Assembly: GCA_963805255.1 (NCBI GenBank) | Contig: CAWDTK010000011.1 | Coordinates: 281,591-305,590, forward strand | DNA length: 24,000 nt | Direction of reading: 5' to 3' | DNA from: an uncultured Actinomycetes bacterium | GTDB lineage: Bacteria; Actinomycetota; Actinomycetes; Streptosporangiales; Streptosporangiaceae | Shown here: positions 14,068 through 21,608 of the stretch, piece after piece | Numbering within the stretch: position 1 is the stretch's first letter | How the letters are laid out: the number at the start of each line of letters is the position of its first letter | The notes under the pieces: generated by a model | What the model was told of the DNA's origin: nothing | Seen by the model: the letters and a program-made list of their open reading frames with translations, nothing else | Database searches by the model: none | Made by a program: the position numbers and the translations under genes

Positions 14068-14455
14068 CAAGATCCCCATCATGCAGATGGGGCAAGATCT
14101 CCTGATCACCCTGCAGGGTGAGCTTGATGACCTGACGGTCTTGTCGATCGAGCGGGACATCACCAGCGAGGTGGCCCGCACACATGCGCGCGGAACCCTG
14201 ATTGATGTCAGCGGCCTGGACGTGGTCGATTCGTTTGCGGCCCGGGTCCTGGCCCGCCTGGTACGGATGGTCCGCCTGCTCGGAGCCGAGACGGCCATCG
14301 TTGGCATCAGCCCCGCGGTGGCGATCACCCTCGTCGAGCTGGGCGTGTCCATGCCGGATGTGACGACCGCGCTCAACGCCGAAAAGGGCATGGCCCGGAT
14401 GCGCTGCCTGCGTGCCGACGACAGCATCCGGGTCCGTCATGACCATCACCGTTGA
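14060..14455 (+). CDS. rsbS: RsbS-like STAS-domain stressosome scaffold/antagonist protein
   Basis: VPDKIPIMQMGQDLLITLQGELDDLTVLSIERDI...GTLIDVSGLDVVDSFAARVLARLVRMVRLLGAETAIVGISPAVAITLVELG aligns along its length with B. subtilis RsbS (KIPILKL...LLVSIQWELDD...[20 protein letters not shown]...), including the phosphorylatable Ser in DSF. The GTG at 14060 overlaps the rsbR-like stop by 8 nt. Confidence 0.85.
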   Translation: MPDKIPIMQMGQDLLITLQGELDDLTVLSIERDITSEVARTHARGTLIDVSGLDVVDSFAARVLARLVRMVRLLGAETAIVGISPAVAITLVELGVSMPDVTTALNAEKGMARMRCLRADDSIRVRHDHHR

Positions 14456-14879
14456 CGGTCCGTCCGCTGATCTGCTGGCGATCACGACTGTCGTGATCGA
14501 CGGTGAGGCCGACCTGCTGCGCGTACGGTCCACGATCCGTGCGTACGCCCATGAGGCAGGGCTTGGCCTTACGGCGACCACCAAGCTGGTCACCGCGGGC
14601 AGCGAGCTGGCCCGCAATATCCTCCGCTATGCCACCGGTGGTCAGGGCGTCGCCTCCATCGAGCGGGCAGCCAGTGGCCAGCGCAGGGGTGTGCGGGCCG
14701 TGTTTGCCGACTGCGGCCCGGGTATCGCTGATCTCGACCTGGCGATGCGCTCCGGCTTCAGCACGAAGGGCGGCCTTGGGCTGGGGCTGCCTGGCAGCCG
14801 CCGGCTCAGCGACGAGTTCTCTATCGACTCCGCGCCTGGGCGCGGTACCAAGGTGGCGATCTGCCAGTGGGCTTGCTGA
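14439..14879 (+). CDS. rsbT: RsbT-like serine kinase (anti-sigma-factor-type HATPase)
   Basis: GEADLLRVRSTIRAYAHEAGLGLTATTKLVTAGSELARNILRYATGGQ...VFADCGPGIADLDLAMRSGFSTKGGLGLGLPGSRRLSDEFSIDSAPGRGTKV matches B. subtilis RsbT motif for motif (AISELARNIYLYAG.G...EDQGPGIPD....EDGFSTSGGLGAGLPGVKRLMDEFS). The ATG at 14439 overlaps the rsbS-like gene by 17 nt. Confidence 0.85.
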   Translation: MTITVDGPSADLLAITTVVIDGEADLLRVRSTIRAYAHEAGLGLTATTKLVTAGSELARNILRYATGGQGVASIERAASGQRRGVRAVFADCGPGIADLDLAMRSGFSTKGGLGLGLPGSRRLSDEFSIDSAPGRGTKVAICQWAC

Positions 14880-15910
14880 GGGTGGGCGGCATTCGCCAGC
14901 CGAGTCACCAGCGTTTCACCGTGTCGCATATCTCGGATGTGGGGGCGATCCGGCGGGCCGTCAGCGGCTACGCTGACCGGCTGCGAGCAGGCCCGGGGCT
15001 TGCGGACCGGGCCGGGCTGGCAGCGACCGAGCTAGCCACTAACCTGTTGCATCACGCGTTGCCGGGCGGCTGGATCCTGGCCCGTCCGCTGCCCCCGTCC
15101 GCGGTAGAGATTCTCGCGGTGGATCATGGCCCGGGCATCAACGACGCGACAGCCGCGGCCGGCGGCTGGTCATCCCCGCGGTACGGCCTGGGATGCGGAT
15201 TGGCGACGGTAGCCGGTGTCTCGTCATACTTCGGCATCCACTCCGGCCCGGGCTGCCCCACGACCGTCCTCGCGATCGTGGAGCCGAGTAATGCCATCCG
15301 GGCCGCAACGCTGCGGGCCCGGCCGCAGCGGTACTGGGCAGGCCTCTCGGTAGGCATCGACGAATCCTGCGGCGACGGCTGGGCCGTCGCCAAGGCCGGC
15401 GGCGGGATCACCGTCACCGTGGTCGATGGGCTAGGACACGGAGCATATGCGTCCATGGCCACCGACGCTGCCGTGGCCACGCTGGCCGACGACCCGGCCG
15501 ATCTCGATGGCTACCTGGCCCGTGCGAACGCGGCCATGCGCGGGACGCGCGGCGCCGTTGTGGCGGTCTGCCGGCTGGAACCCGCCCGGGGCCAGCTGCG
15601 CTGCCTGTCGGTAGGCAATGTCAGCGGAGCTATCCTGTGCGACGGCGAACAACGCATACTGACCTCCTGCAGAGGGACGGTCGGCACAGCCGCCATGGCT
15701 CCGCGAGCCAAGATCGACTGTTATCCATGGCCGCCCGGCGCCGTGCTAGCACTATGGACAGACGGGCTGGCCGGCCACATCGATTTGGCCGCATACGCAG
15801 ATGTGTTCACCGGCGACCCGGCGATCGCCGCTGCGGTACTGCACCGCGACCACACCTCAGACCGTGACGACTCCACCGTCGTAGTGGTCAGGAACCGGGC
15901 CGGGTCATGA
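14867..15910 (+). CDS. rsbX: RsbX-like PP2C (SpoIIE-family) phosphatase fused to an N-terminal RsbT/RsbW-like ATPase domain
   Basis: The N-terminal about 130 aa are anti-sigma-kinase-like (LAATELATNLLHHA..GGWIL...ILAVDHGPGI....GLGCGLATV). The C-terminal about 200 aa are PP2C/RsbX-like (CGDGWAV....ITVTVVDGLGHGAYASMAT...GAVVAVCRLE...LSVGNVSG...LALWTDGL...DDSTVVVV). The start (GTG 14867, alternative GTG 14882) overlaps the rsbT-like stop. Confidence 0.8.
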   Translation: MGLLRVGGIRQPSHQRFTVSHISDVGAIRRAVSGYADRLRAGPGLADRAGLAATELATNLLHHALPGGWILARPLPPSAVEILAVDHGPGINDATAAAGGWSSPRYGLGCGLATVAGVSSYFGIHSGPGCPTTVLAIVEPSNAIRAATLRARPQRYWAGLSVGIDESCGDGWAVAKAGGGITVTVVDGLGHGAYASMATDAAVATLADDPADLDGYLARANAAMRGTRGAVVAVCRLEPARGQLRCLSVGNVSGAILCDGEQRILTSCRGTVGTAAMAPRAKIDCYPWPPGAVLALWTDGLAGHIDLAAYADVFTGDPAIAAAVLHRDHTSDRDDSTVVVVRNRAGS

Positions 15911-15961
15911 CGGGCAGCACAGCGTCCGCGTTGCCCGCGACGATCACGCTCGACCCGGGCG

Positions 15962-18358
15962 ATGATCCGGAAGCGGCATCGCCACGCATCCGCGACCTGG
16001 GAGGTGATTGAGGACGTGGCGGCTGAGCATGCCGAGGGCGTCGATCGCGAGGTACGGGCGCTGCGGCTGGAGCTTGACCAGAGCAGCCAAGGCCTGCTTG
16101 CGCTGCACGCCGAACTGACCGACCAGCAGGAAGAGCTGGAGCGCGCCCGCGCCGTGGCCGAGCAGGCCACCCAGGATAAGTCGGACTTTCTGGCCAATAT
16201 GAGCCACGAGATACGATCCCCGATGAACGCGGTAGTAGGTTTCACCAGCCTGCTGCGGGCCACCGCGCTCACCTCTGAACAGGATGAGTACGTCGAGGCG
16301 ATCGAAGCCGCGGGCACGCATCTGCTGGGCGTCATCGAAGGCATCCTGGACCTATCCAGGATCGAGTCCGGGCTCCTGGAACTTGAGGACGTCCCCTTCG
16401 ATCTTTTCGCCTGCGTCGAGGACGCGGTCGACTTGCTGGCGGTCAGGGCCAGCGAGAAGAACGTGGCCCTTGCCGCGCTGTTCGCGCCCGGCATGCCCGC
16501 CCGCATCATGGGTGACGCACTCCGGCTCCGCCAGGTCCTGGTCAACCTGCTCGCCAACGCGGTGAAGTTCACCACTCACGGGCATGTAGCTGTCGAGGTG
16601 ACGCAGCGGCCAGCCGCCGGCGACTCCTGCGAGCTGGCCTTCCACATACGCGACACCGGCACCGGCATTCCCGCTGAGCGCATCGGCCAGCTCTTCGCCC
16701 CATACGCTCAGTCCGATGCATCAACTGCGCGTTCCCATGGCGGTACCGGACTCGGCCTGGCGATATGCCGTCAGCTAGCCGAACGGATGGGCGGCGCCAT
16801 AACGGTCGAGTCGGTCGTCGGCGAAGGCTCGACCTTTACCTGCACAATCCCCGCCCAGGTCGCCGGGCTCAGCCCCGCCGCCACGGACAGCGACCGGATC
16901 CTTTCGGGCGCCCAGGTTCTGCTGGTCAGCGATCGTGCGCTTTGCGCCGAAGCCATCGGCCGCCACCTCAGTGACTGGGGCGCTGAGGTTGTCACGGCCC
17001 AGTCCATCGACGCCGCCGTCGCCGGCGAATGGCCGCGAGCAGCGCTGGCGATCATCGACGCAAACGAGCCGGCCGCTCTCATCCGCGACATCGCGCGTCT
17101 CACCGCCGCCGCCGCGAACCCAGAACTGCCAATCGTCTGCGTGGCCACCACGGCCTGCCGGGCTGCCCTCGCCCGCGCGGGAGAACTCCGCCCATCGGTG
17201 CGCACCCCAGTCCGCCGGGACCACCTCCGCAAAGCAGCGCTCGCTGCCCTTGGCCATAGCAGGAAGCCCTCGCAGACAGCTAGCGCCGCGGCGCCGGGAC
17301 TCCCGGACGGCACCTGTGCCGACGACCGCCGCGGAATCCCTCCCGGAGACCTCAGCCCGGACAAGGCAGACGCAAGACTCACACCAGCGGTGCCGCCACC
17401 TACCCGGCACGTGCTCTACGTGGACGACAACACACTGCTGACCAGACTGGCCGAGCGCATCTTCGCCGCGGACCCTGCCGTCATCATGCAGACTGCGCCG
17501 GACGGCAAGACCGGCCTCGACATGGCCCGTCAGCAGCGACCGGACATCATCTTGCTCGACCTGGGTCTCTCCGACATGAGCGGCGAAGCCCTGCTTGGGC
17601 AGCTCCGCGCCGATGCCCGCACCCGGCCGATCCCCGCGGTCATCGTCAGCGGCGACATCGCACCCGCAACCATCGAACGTCTCACCGATCTCGGCGCAGC
17701 GGCCTACCTCACCAAGCCGTTCACCGCCTCGCAGCTCCGGGAGGTCGTCAACACGGCCGGTGGCCCGTCGTCCCCTCCGGACGGCGTCGCCCCCCTGGCG
17801 CCGCAGTTACGGGTGAGGGTTCCTGCCGGGCGGGAATCCGCCGGTCGCGACGGGGCCCCACGAGCGGGGCGTGATGCGCAGCAGCGACTTGTGCTGGCGG
17901 ATCATGGCCTGCCGGTACTCGTCCCAGTCCGGGTGCTCCCCGGCGATGGCGCGGTAGTAGTCGACCAGGGCGTCGGCGGCCTCCGGCGGGTCGATCACTT
18001 CCGCGTCCCCGTCGACCTGCACCCACGGGCCGTCGAAGTCGTCGGAGAGCACCAGCACACTGACCCGGGAATCCCGCCGGGCGTTGCGGATCTTGGCGCG
18101 TTCCGGGTACGTGGAGATCATGATCCGGCCGCCGGTGTCGACCCCGCACGTCACGGGCGACGCCTGCGGGCGGCCGTCGGCGCGGGTGGTCAGCACGATC
18201 GCGTGGTGGCGCGGCCGGATGAAGTCGATCAGCTCATCCCGGCTGACGGTGGTGTTGGTCGCGATCTGGGGGCTCACCGCTCCACCCTACAAGTCAGGAT
18301 TACCGGCACGGATGTAGCGGACATCAAGGCCAGGCCAGGTCGGCGTGGCGGACCTTGA
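15962..18358 (+). CDS. Soluble hybrid histidine kinase (coiled coil-HisKA-HATPase-pseudo-receiver-receiver). The ORF has no stop until 18358, and both start and end are suspect
   Basis: H-box DKSDFLANMSHEIRSPMNAV; N box LVNLLANAVKFT; G boxes IRDTGTGIP and GGTGLGLAICRQL; a degenerate receiver-like segment (about 16900-17250); a bona fide receiver (HVLYVDDN....RPDIILLDLGLSDMSG....VIVSGD....YLTKPF). Recognisable domains end near 17755. The remaining about 200 codons are the codon-aligned antisense of the convergent gene 17807..18277. There is no TM or sensor domain before the coiled coil. Confidence 0.7.
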   Translation: MIRKRHRHASATWEVIEDVAAEHAEGVDREVRALRLELDQSSQGLLALHAELTDQQEELERARAVAEQATQDKSDFLANMSHEIRSPMNAVVGFTSLLRATALTSEQDEYVEAIEAAGTHLLGVIEGILDLSRIESGLLELEDVPFDLFACVEDAVDLLAVRASEKNVALAALFAPGMPARIMGDALRLRQVLVNLLANAVKFTTHGHVAVEVTQRPAAGDSCELAFHIRDTGTGIPAERIGQLFAPYAQSDASTARSHGGTGLGLAICRQLAERMGGAITVESVVGEGSTFTCTIPAQVAGLSPAATDSDRILSGAQVLLVSDRALCAEAIGRHLSDWGAEVVTAQSIDAAVAGEWPRAALAIIDANEPAALIRDIARLTAAAANPELPIVCVATTACRAALARAGELRPSVRTPVRRDHLRKAALAALGHSRKPSQTASAAAPGLPDGTCADDRRGIPPGDLSPDKADARLTPAVPPPTRHVLYVDDNTLLTRLAERIFAADPAVIMQTAPDGKTGLDMARQQRPDIILLDLGLSDMSGEALLGQLRADARTRPIPAVIVSGDIAPATIERLTDLGAAAYLTKPFTASQLREVVNTAGGPSSPPDGVAPLAPQLRVRVPAGRESAGRDGAPRAGRDAQQRLVLADHGLPVLVPVRVLPGDGAVVVDQGVGGLRRVDHFRVPVDLHPRAVEVVGEHQHTDPGIPPGVADLGAFRVRGDHDPAAGVDPARHGRRLRAAVGAGGQHDRVVARPDEVDQLIPADGGVGRDLGAHRSTLQVRITGTDVADIKARPGRRGGP
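17807..18277 (-). CDS. Pyridoxamine 5'-phosphate oxidase-family (PPOX class, probably F420-dependent) protein
   Basis: 156-aa ORF: SRDELIDFIRPRHHAIVLTTRADGRPQASPVTCGVD..GRIMISTYPERAKIRNARRDSRVSVLVLSDDFDGPWVQVDGDAEV...YYRAIAGEHPDWDEYRQAM..Q.KSLLRITPRSWGPVATGGFP. This is the typical PPOX/FMN-binding split-barrel pattern of actinobacterial F420-class enzymes. The GTG start (18277) overlaps the TGA of upstream ORF 18274..18570. Confidence 0.8.
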   Translation of the reverse strand: MSPQIATNTTVSRDELIDFIRPRHHAIVLTTRADGRPQASPVTCGVDTGGRIMISTYPERAKIRNARRDSRVSVLVLSDDFDGPWVQVDGDAEVIDPPEAADALVDYYRAIAGEHPDWDEYRQAMIRQHKSLLRITPRSWGPVATGGFPPGRNPHP

Positions 18359-18459
18359 GCCGGCCGGTGAACTGCTGCCACTGCCCACTGGCGGGAGATC
18401 GCTGCTGCCGGGGGACAAAAGCCCCGAGCCTGCGAGGCCCGTACTGCGCACCGAGGGTC

Positions 18460-18570
18460 GCGTGACCGCGACCGGTGGCCGAAGGACCGCAGCCCCGCCA
18501 TCCGCTCGCCGCCGAACCAGCCGTAGCTGCGGAGCTGTCCGGGTGCCCGCTGCTCGGGGGTACTGGTCAC
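18460..18570 (-). pseudogene. N-terminal remnant (about 35 codons) of an IlvD/Edd-family sugar-acid / dihydroxy-acid dehydratase
   Basis: VTSTPEQRAPGQLRSYGWFGGERMAGLRSFGHRSRSR resembles the characteristic N-terminus of IlvD/Edd-family dehydratases (..LRS..WFG..D.LRSFGHRSR..Q.G). I see no dehydratase-like sequence in any frame after it, and a normal member has about 570 aa. Confidence 0.45.
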
Positions 18571-18634
18571 GGCCGCGCCCCCATCCCTGTGCCGGCCTCC
18601 TTTGGGCTGGCCCCGATGTTGTATTTGATGCCGA

Positions 18635-18898
18635 TCACGTTCGGGCCGCTTTGAGCAGGATAGACGCGGTGTCCGCGTCGCCGGCGGTGGCCGCGCGCAG
18701 GATCGCGTCGTGTTCGGCGGCTTCCGCCCGCCAGGCCGGTGCGCGCTGCCAGGCCGTCGCCGACACCAGCGCGGTCTGGTCTCTGAGGTCGTCGAGGACC
18801 CGGACGAGGAGGTCGTTACCGCAGCCGGGGTGGAGGACGCGGTACCGCATCGAAAAGTATCTTTTCCATGCTGCGATCTTCTTCGCCCGGCACGGCAC
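18635..18898 (-). pseudogene. C-terminal remnant of a GntR-family (FadR/FCD-type) transcription regulator
   Basis: ...RYRVLHPGCGNDLLVRVLDDLRDQTALVSATAWQRAPAWRAEAAEHDAILRAATAGDADTASILLKAART* fits the FCD effector-domain pattern (FH..L....GN..L...L..L......EH..I..A...GD...A). No winged-helix N-terminus exists, and only about 150 bp separate it from the zwf stop. Confidence 0.5.
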
Positions 18899-19051
18899 GG
18901 CGCGTCAGCCGGGCGGTCGCACCTGCTGCCCGCCGGCTGGCTGACAGGGCGGCCGCGAACGAAAGAGCGGGTGAGGCCATAGACCTCCGGATCCCCCCGG
19001 GCTACAGCCCACTCCTTCCACGGGGCGGGGCGGGGTGCGGGCGGTGGGCTG

Positions 19052-20548
19052 TTAGCGGGCGTCGGGGAGGTGCCAGCGGAAGGGGGCGATCAGGCGGCTG
19101 GTGGCCGGTTCCGGGCCCCAGGTGCCGGGCGCGTAGGGCTGGACCGGGGGCGGGTTCTGCAGCAGGGGCTCGGAGATCTCCCACAGCCGCTCGATACTGT
19201 ACGAGCTAGTGAACAGCAACTGATCGCCGAGCATGGCCAGCAGGATGAGGCGCTCGTACCCTTCCAGCGCCATCGCCTGCTGGAAGGAATCCTCGTAGCG
19301 GAACACCATCGACGCGGTGCCCAGCCCTACCTCCGGGCCCGGCTCCTTGGCCAGGAACCGGAGCGCGATCCAGCCGGGGTCTTCGAAGTCGATGATGAGC
19401 TCGTTGTAGGAGCCCGTCGGCGCGTCGTTCCGGTCGATGCGGAACATCCTCAGCGGCGGCTCGTGGAAGCCGAGGGTCACTGCCTGACGGCTCGCGCCCA
19501 TGTTCTTGCCGGAACGGAGGAAGAACGGGACGCCGGCCCAGCGCCAGTTCTCGATCTCGGCCCGCAGCGCGACCATCGTCTCGGTCTGGGAGCCCGGCGG
19601 GACGCCGGGCTCGTCGCGGTAGCCCTTGTACTGGCCGCGGACCACGTGCCGCACGTCGATGGGCCGGAGGGCGTCGTAGACCTTGCGCTTCTCGGCCCGC
19701 AGCGGCTCGGCCTCGAGCGAGGAGGGTGGCTCCATCGCGATGAAGCCCAGCACCTGGAGCAGGTGGGTGACGACCATGTCCCGGTAGGCGCCGGTCTGGT
19801 CGTAGAACTGGGCCCGCCCTTCGATCGAGAGGGTCTCCGGCACGTCGATCTGGACGTACCGGATGTTCTGCCGGTTCCAGATGGGCTCGAACAGGCCATT
19901 GGCGAACCGGAAGGCGAGGATGTTGTCGACCGATTCCTTGCCGAGGAAGTGATCGATGCGGAAGATCTGCGACTCGTCGAAGACCGCGTGCAGCTTGGCG
20001 TTCAGGTCACGCGCGGAGGCCAGGTCGTGGCCGAACGGCTTCTCGACGATGACGCGGGAACCCGGCGCGAGGTCCATCGCGCCGATCATCGCGACCACCG
20101 ACTCGAACGCCGCGGGCGGGACCGCGAGGTGGAACAGCCGGCGCGGGTTCCCGCCGATCTCCCTCTCCGCCTCTTGGACCGCGCTGGCCAGCGGGGCGGT
20201 GTTGTCCGGGTCCGCGCTGGCGAACGACAGGGACGCGGCGAACGCGTCCCACGCGTCCCACGCGTCCCCGGTCGGCTTGCTGTCGCCGAACTGCTCCACC
20301 GCCTGGCGCGCGTGCTCACGGAACGCCTCGGTGCTCATCGCGGATTCCGCCGGGGCGGAGCCGATAATCCGGTAGCGCTCCGGCATCAGGCCGGCCGCGG
20401 CCAGGTGGAACGCCCCCGGCAACAGTTTGCGCTTGGCCAGGTCGCCGGTGGCCCCGAACATCACGAAGACGTGGTTGTCGGGCCGCGGACCGGACCGACC
20501 GGCACGCCGGCGCCGCGACTGCGGCGCGGGCTGGCTCTGCGTGGTCAT
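19052..20548 (-). CDS. zwf: Glucose-6-phosphate 1-dehydrogenase
   Basis: 498-aa ORF with the dinucleotide-binding motif FVMFGATGDLAKRKLLP and the active-site motif RIDHFLGKE, plus ...EKPFGHDLASARDLN...NIRYVQIDV.ETL.IEGRA.FYD..GA.RDMV..HLLQ... The start ATG (20548) lies 3 nt after the gnd stop. Confidence 0.92.
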   Translation of the reverse strand: MTTQSQPAPQSRRRRAGRSGPRPDNHVFVMFGATGDLAKRKLLPGAFHLAAAGLMPERYRIIGSAPAESAMSTEAFREHARQAVEQFGDSKPTGDAWDAWDAFAASLSFASADPDNTAPLASAVQEAEREIGGNPRRLFHLAVPPAAFESVVAMIGAMDLAPGSRVIVEKPFGHDLASARDLNAKLHAVFDESQIFRIDHFLGKESVDNILAFRFANGLFEPIWNRQNIRYVQIDVPETLSIEGRAQFYDQTGAYRDMVVTHLLQVLGFIAMEPPSSLEAEPLRAEKRKVYDALRPIDVRHVVRGQYKGYRDEPGVPPGSQTETMVALRAEIENWRWAGVPFFLRSGKNMGASRQAVTLGFHEPPLRMFRIDRNDAPTGSYNELIIDFEDPGWIALRFLAKEPGPEVGLGTASMVFRYEDSFQQAMALEGYERLILLAMLGDQLLFTSSYSIERLWEISEPLLQNPPPVQPYAPGTWGPEPATSRLIAPFRWHLPDAR

Positions 20549-20551
20549 CGC

Positions 20552-21586
20552 TCAGTCCGCCTTCTTCTCCTGGTGGCCGCCAAATCCGGAGCGCATGGCG
20601 GACAGCACCTTGCCTGCAAACACGCCGTCGCCGCGGGAGTCAAAGCGCTCGTACAGCGCGGCGGTGATGGCAGCGGCCGGGACACCGGTGTCGATGGCCG
20701 CCTGAATCGTCCAGCGGCCCTCGCCGGAGTCCGACACGCGGCCGGTGTAGTCGCTGAGGTCGGGAGACTTGGCGAAGGCGTCGGCGGTCAGGTCGATCAG
20801 CCAGGAGCTGATCACCGACCCGCGCCGCCACAGTTCGGCGACCTCCCCGACGTCGATCGTGTACTGGTAGGCCCAGGGGTCGCGCAGCGGCGTGGTCTCG
20901 GCGTCGATCTCGTCCATGTGCTTGCCCGCGTCGGCGTGCTCGATGATGCTGAGTCCCTCCGCGATCGCGGCCATCATGCCGTACTCGACACCGTTGTGGA
21001 CCATCTTGACGAAGTGCCCGGCACCGTTCGGCCCGCAGTGCAGGTACCCCTCGGCGGCGGTGCTGCGGTCTTCCTTCCGGCTGGGGGTGGGCAGGGCGTC
21101 CCCCTTACCCGGCGCGATCGTCCTGAAGATCGGATCCAGCCGCGCGACCGGCTCGTCCTCACCGCCGATCATCAGGCAGAAGCCCCGCTCCAGGCCCCAT
21201 ACCCCGCCGCTGGTCCCGCAGTCGATGAAGTGGACGCCGCCGGCCTTGAGCGCCTTGGCCCGGACGATGTCGTCGCGGTAGTAGGAGTTGCCGCCGTCGA
21301 TCACGATGTCGCCGGCCTCCAGCAGCGGGCGCAGCTTGTCCAGCGTCGGCTGCACGATGCCGGCCGGCACCATGAGCCACAGCGCGCGCGGCTTGTCCAG
21401 CATGCCGACGAAGGTGGCCAGGTCGGTGGACCCGGTGGCGCCCTCCCCCTCGAGTCCCTTGACCGCGTTGGGGTTGATGTCGTACACGACGCAGTGGTGA
21501 CCGTCGCGCATCAGCCGCCGGACCAGGTTCGCGCCCATCCGGCCGAGCCCGATCATTCCCAGCTGCATCGGCTTGTCAGTAGGCAT
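20552..21586 (-). CDS. gnd: 6-phosphogluconate dehydrogenase, decarboxylating (short, about 340-aa YqeC/GntZ-like type)
   Basis: MQLGMIGLGRMGANLVRRL...GHHCVVYD...DGGNSYYRDD..RAK.L...G.HF.DCGTSGGVWGLERG.CLMIGG...HCGP.GAGHFVKMVHNG.EYG.M.A.AEG... The ATG at 21586 is preceded by ggggagg at 9-nt spacing. Confidence 0.9.
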   Translation of the reverse strand: MPTDKPMQLGMIGLGRMGANLVRRLMRDGHHCVVYDINPNAVKGLEGEGATGSTDLATFVGMLDKPRALWLMVPAGIVQPTLDKLRPLLEAGDIVIDGGNSYYRDDIVRAKALKAGGVHFIDCGTSGGVWGLERGFCLMIGGEDEPVARLDPIFRTIAPGKGDALPTPSRKEDRSTAAEGYLHCGPNGAGHFVKMVHNGVEYGMMAAIAEGLSIIEHADAGKHMDEIDAETTPLRDPWAYQYTIDVGEVAELWRRGSVISSWLIDLTADAFAKSPDLSDYTGRVSDSGEGRWTIQAAIDTGVPAAAITAALYERFDSRGDGVFAGKVLSAMRSGFGGHQEKKAD

Positions 21587-21608
21587 GGAAGTCAGCCTCC
21601 CCGTTTCT

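Noticed and set aside
10625-14427. 720-aa + ORF (10625..12787) and 536-aa - ORF (12817..14427)
   Set aside because: They are wrong-frame or antisense shadows of the DUF2510 gene, the class-III aminotransferase and the rsbR/rsbS-like genes.
17807-18358. The C-terminal about 180 residues of the kinase ORF considered as an additional functional domain
   Set aside because: The sequence is the codon-aligned antisense of the PPOX gene. This shadow frame stays open because TTA/CTA/TCA codons are rare at this G+C, and no domain-like pattern is visible.
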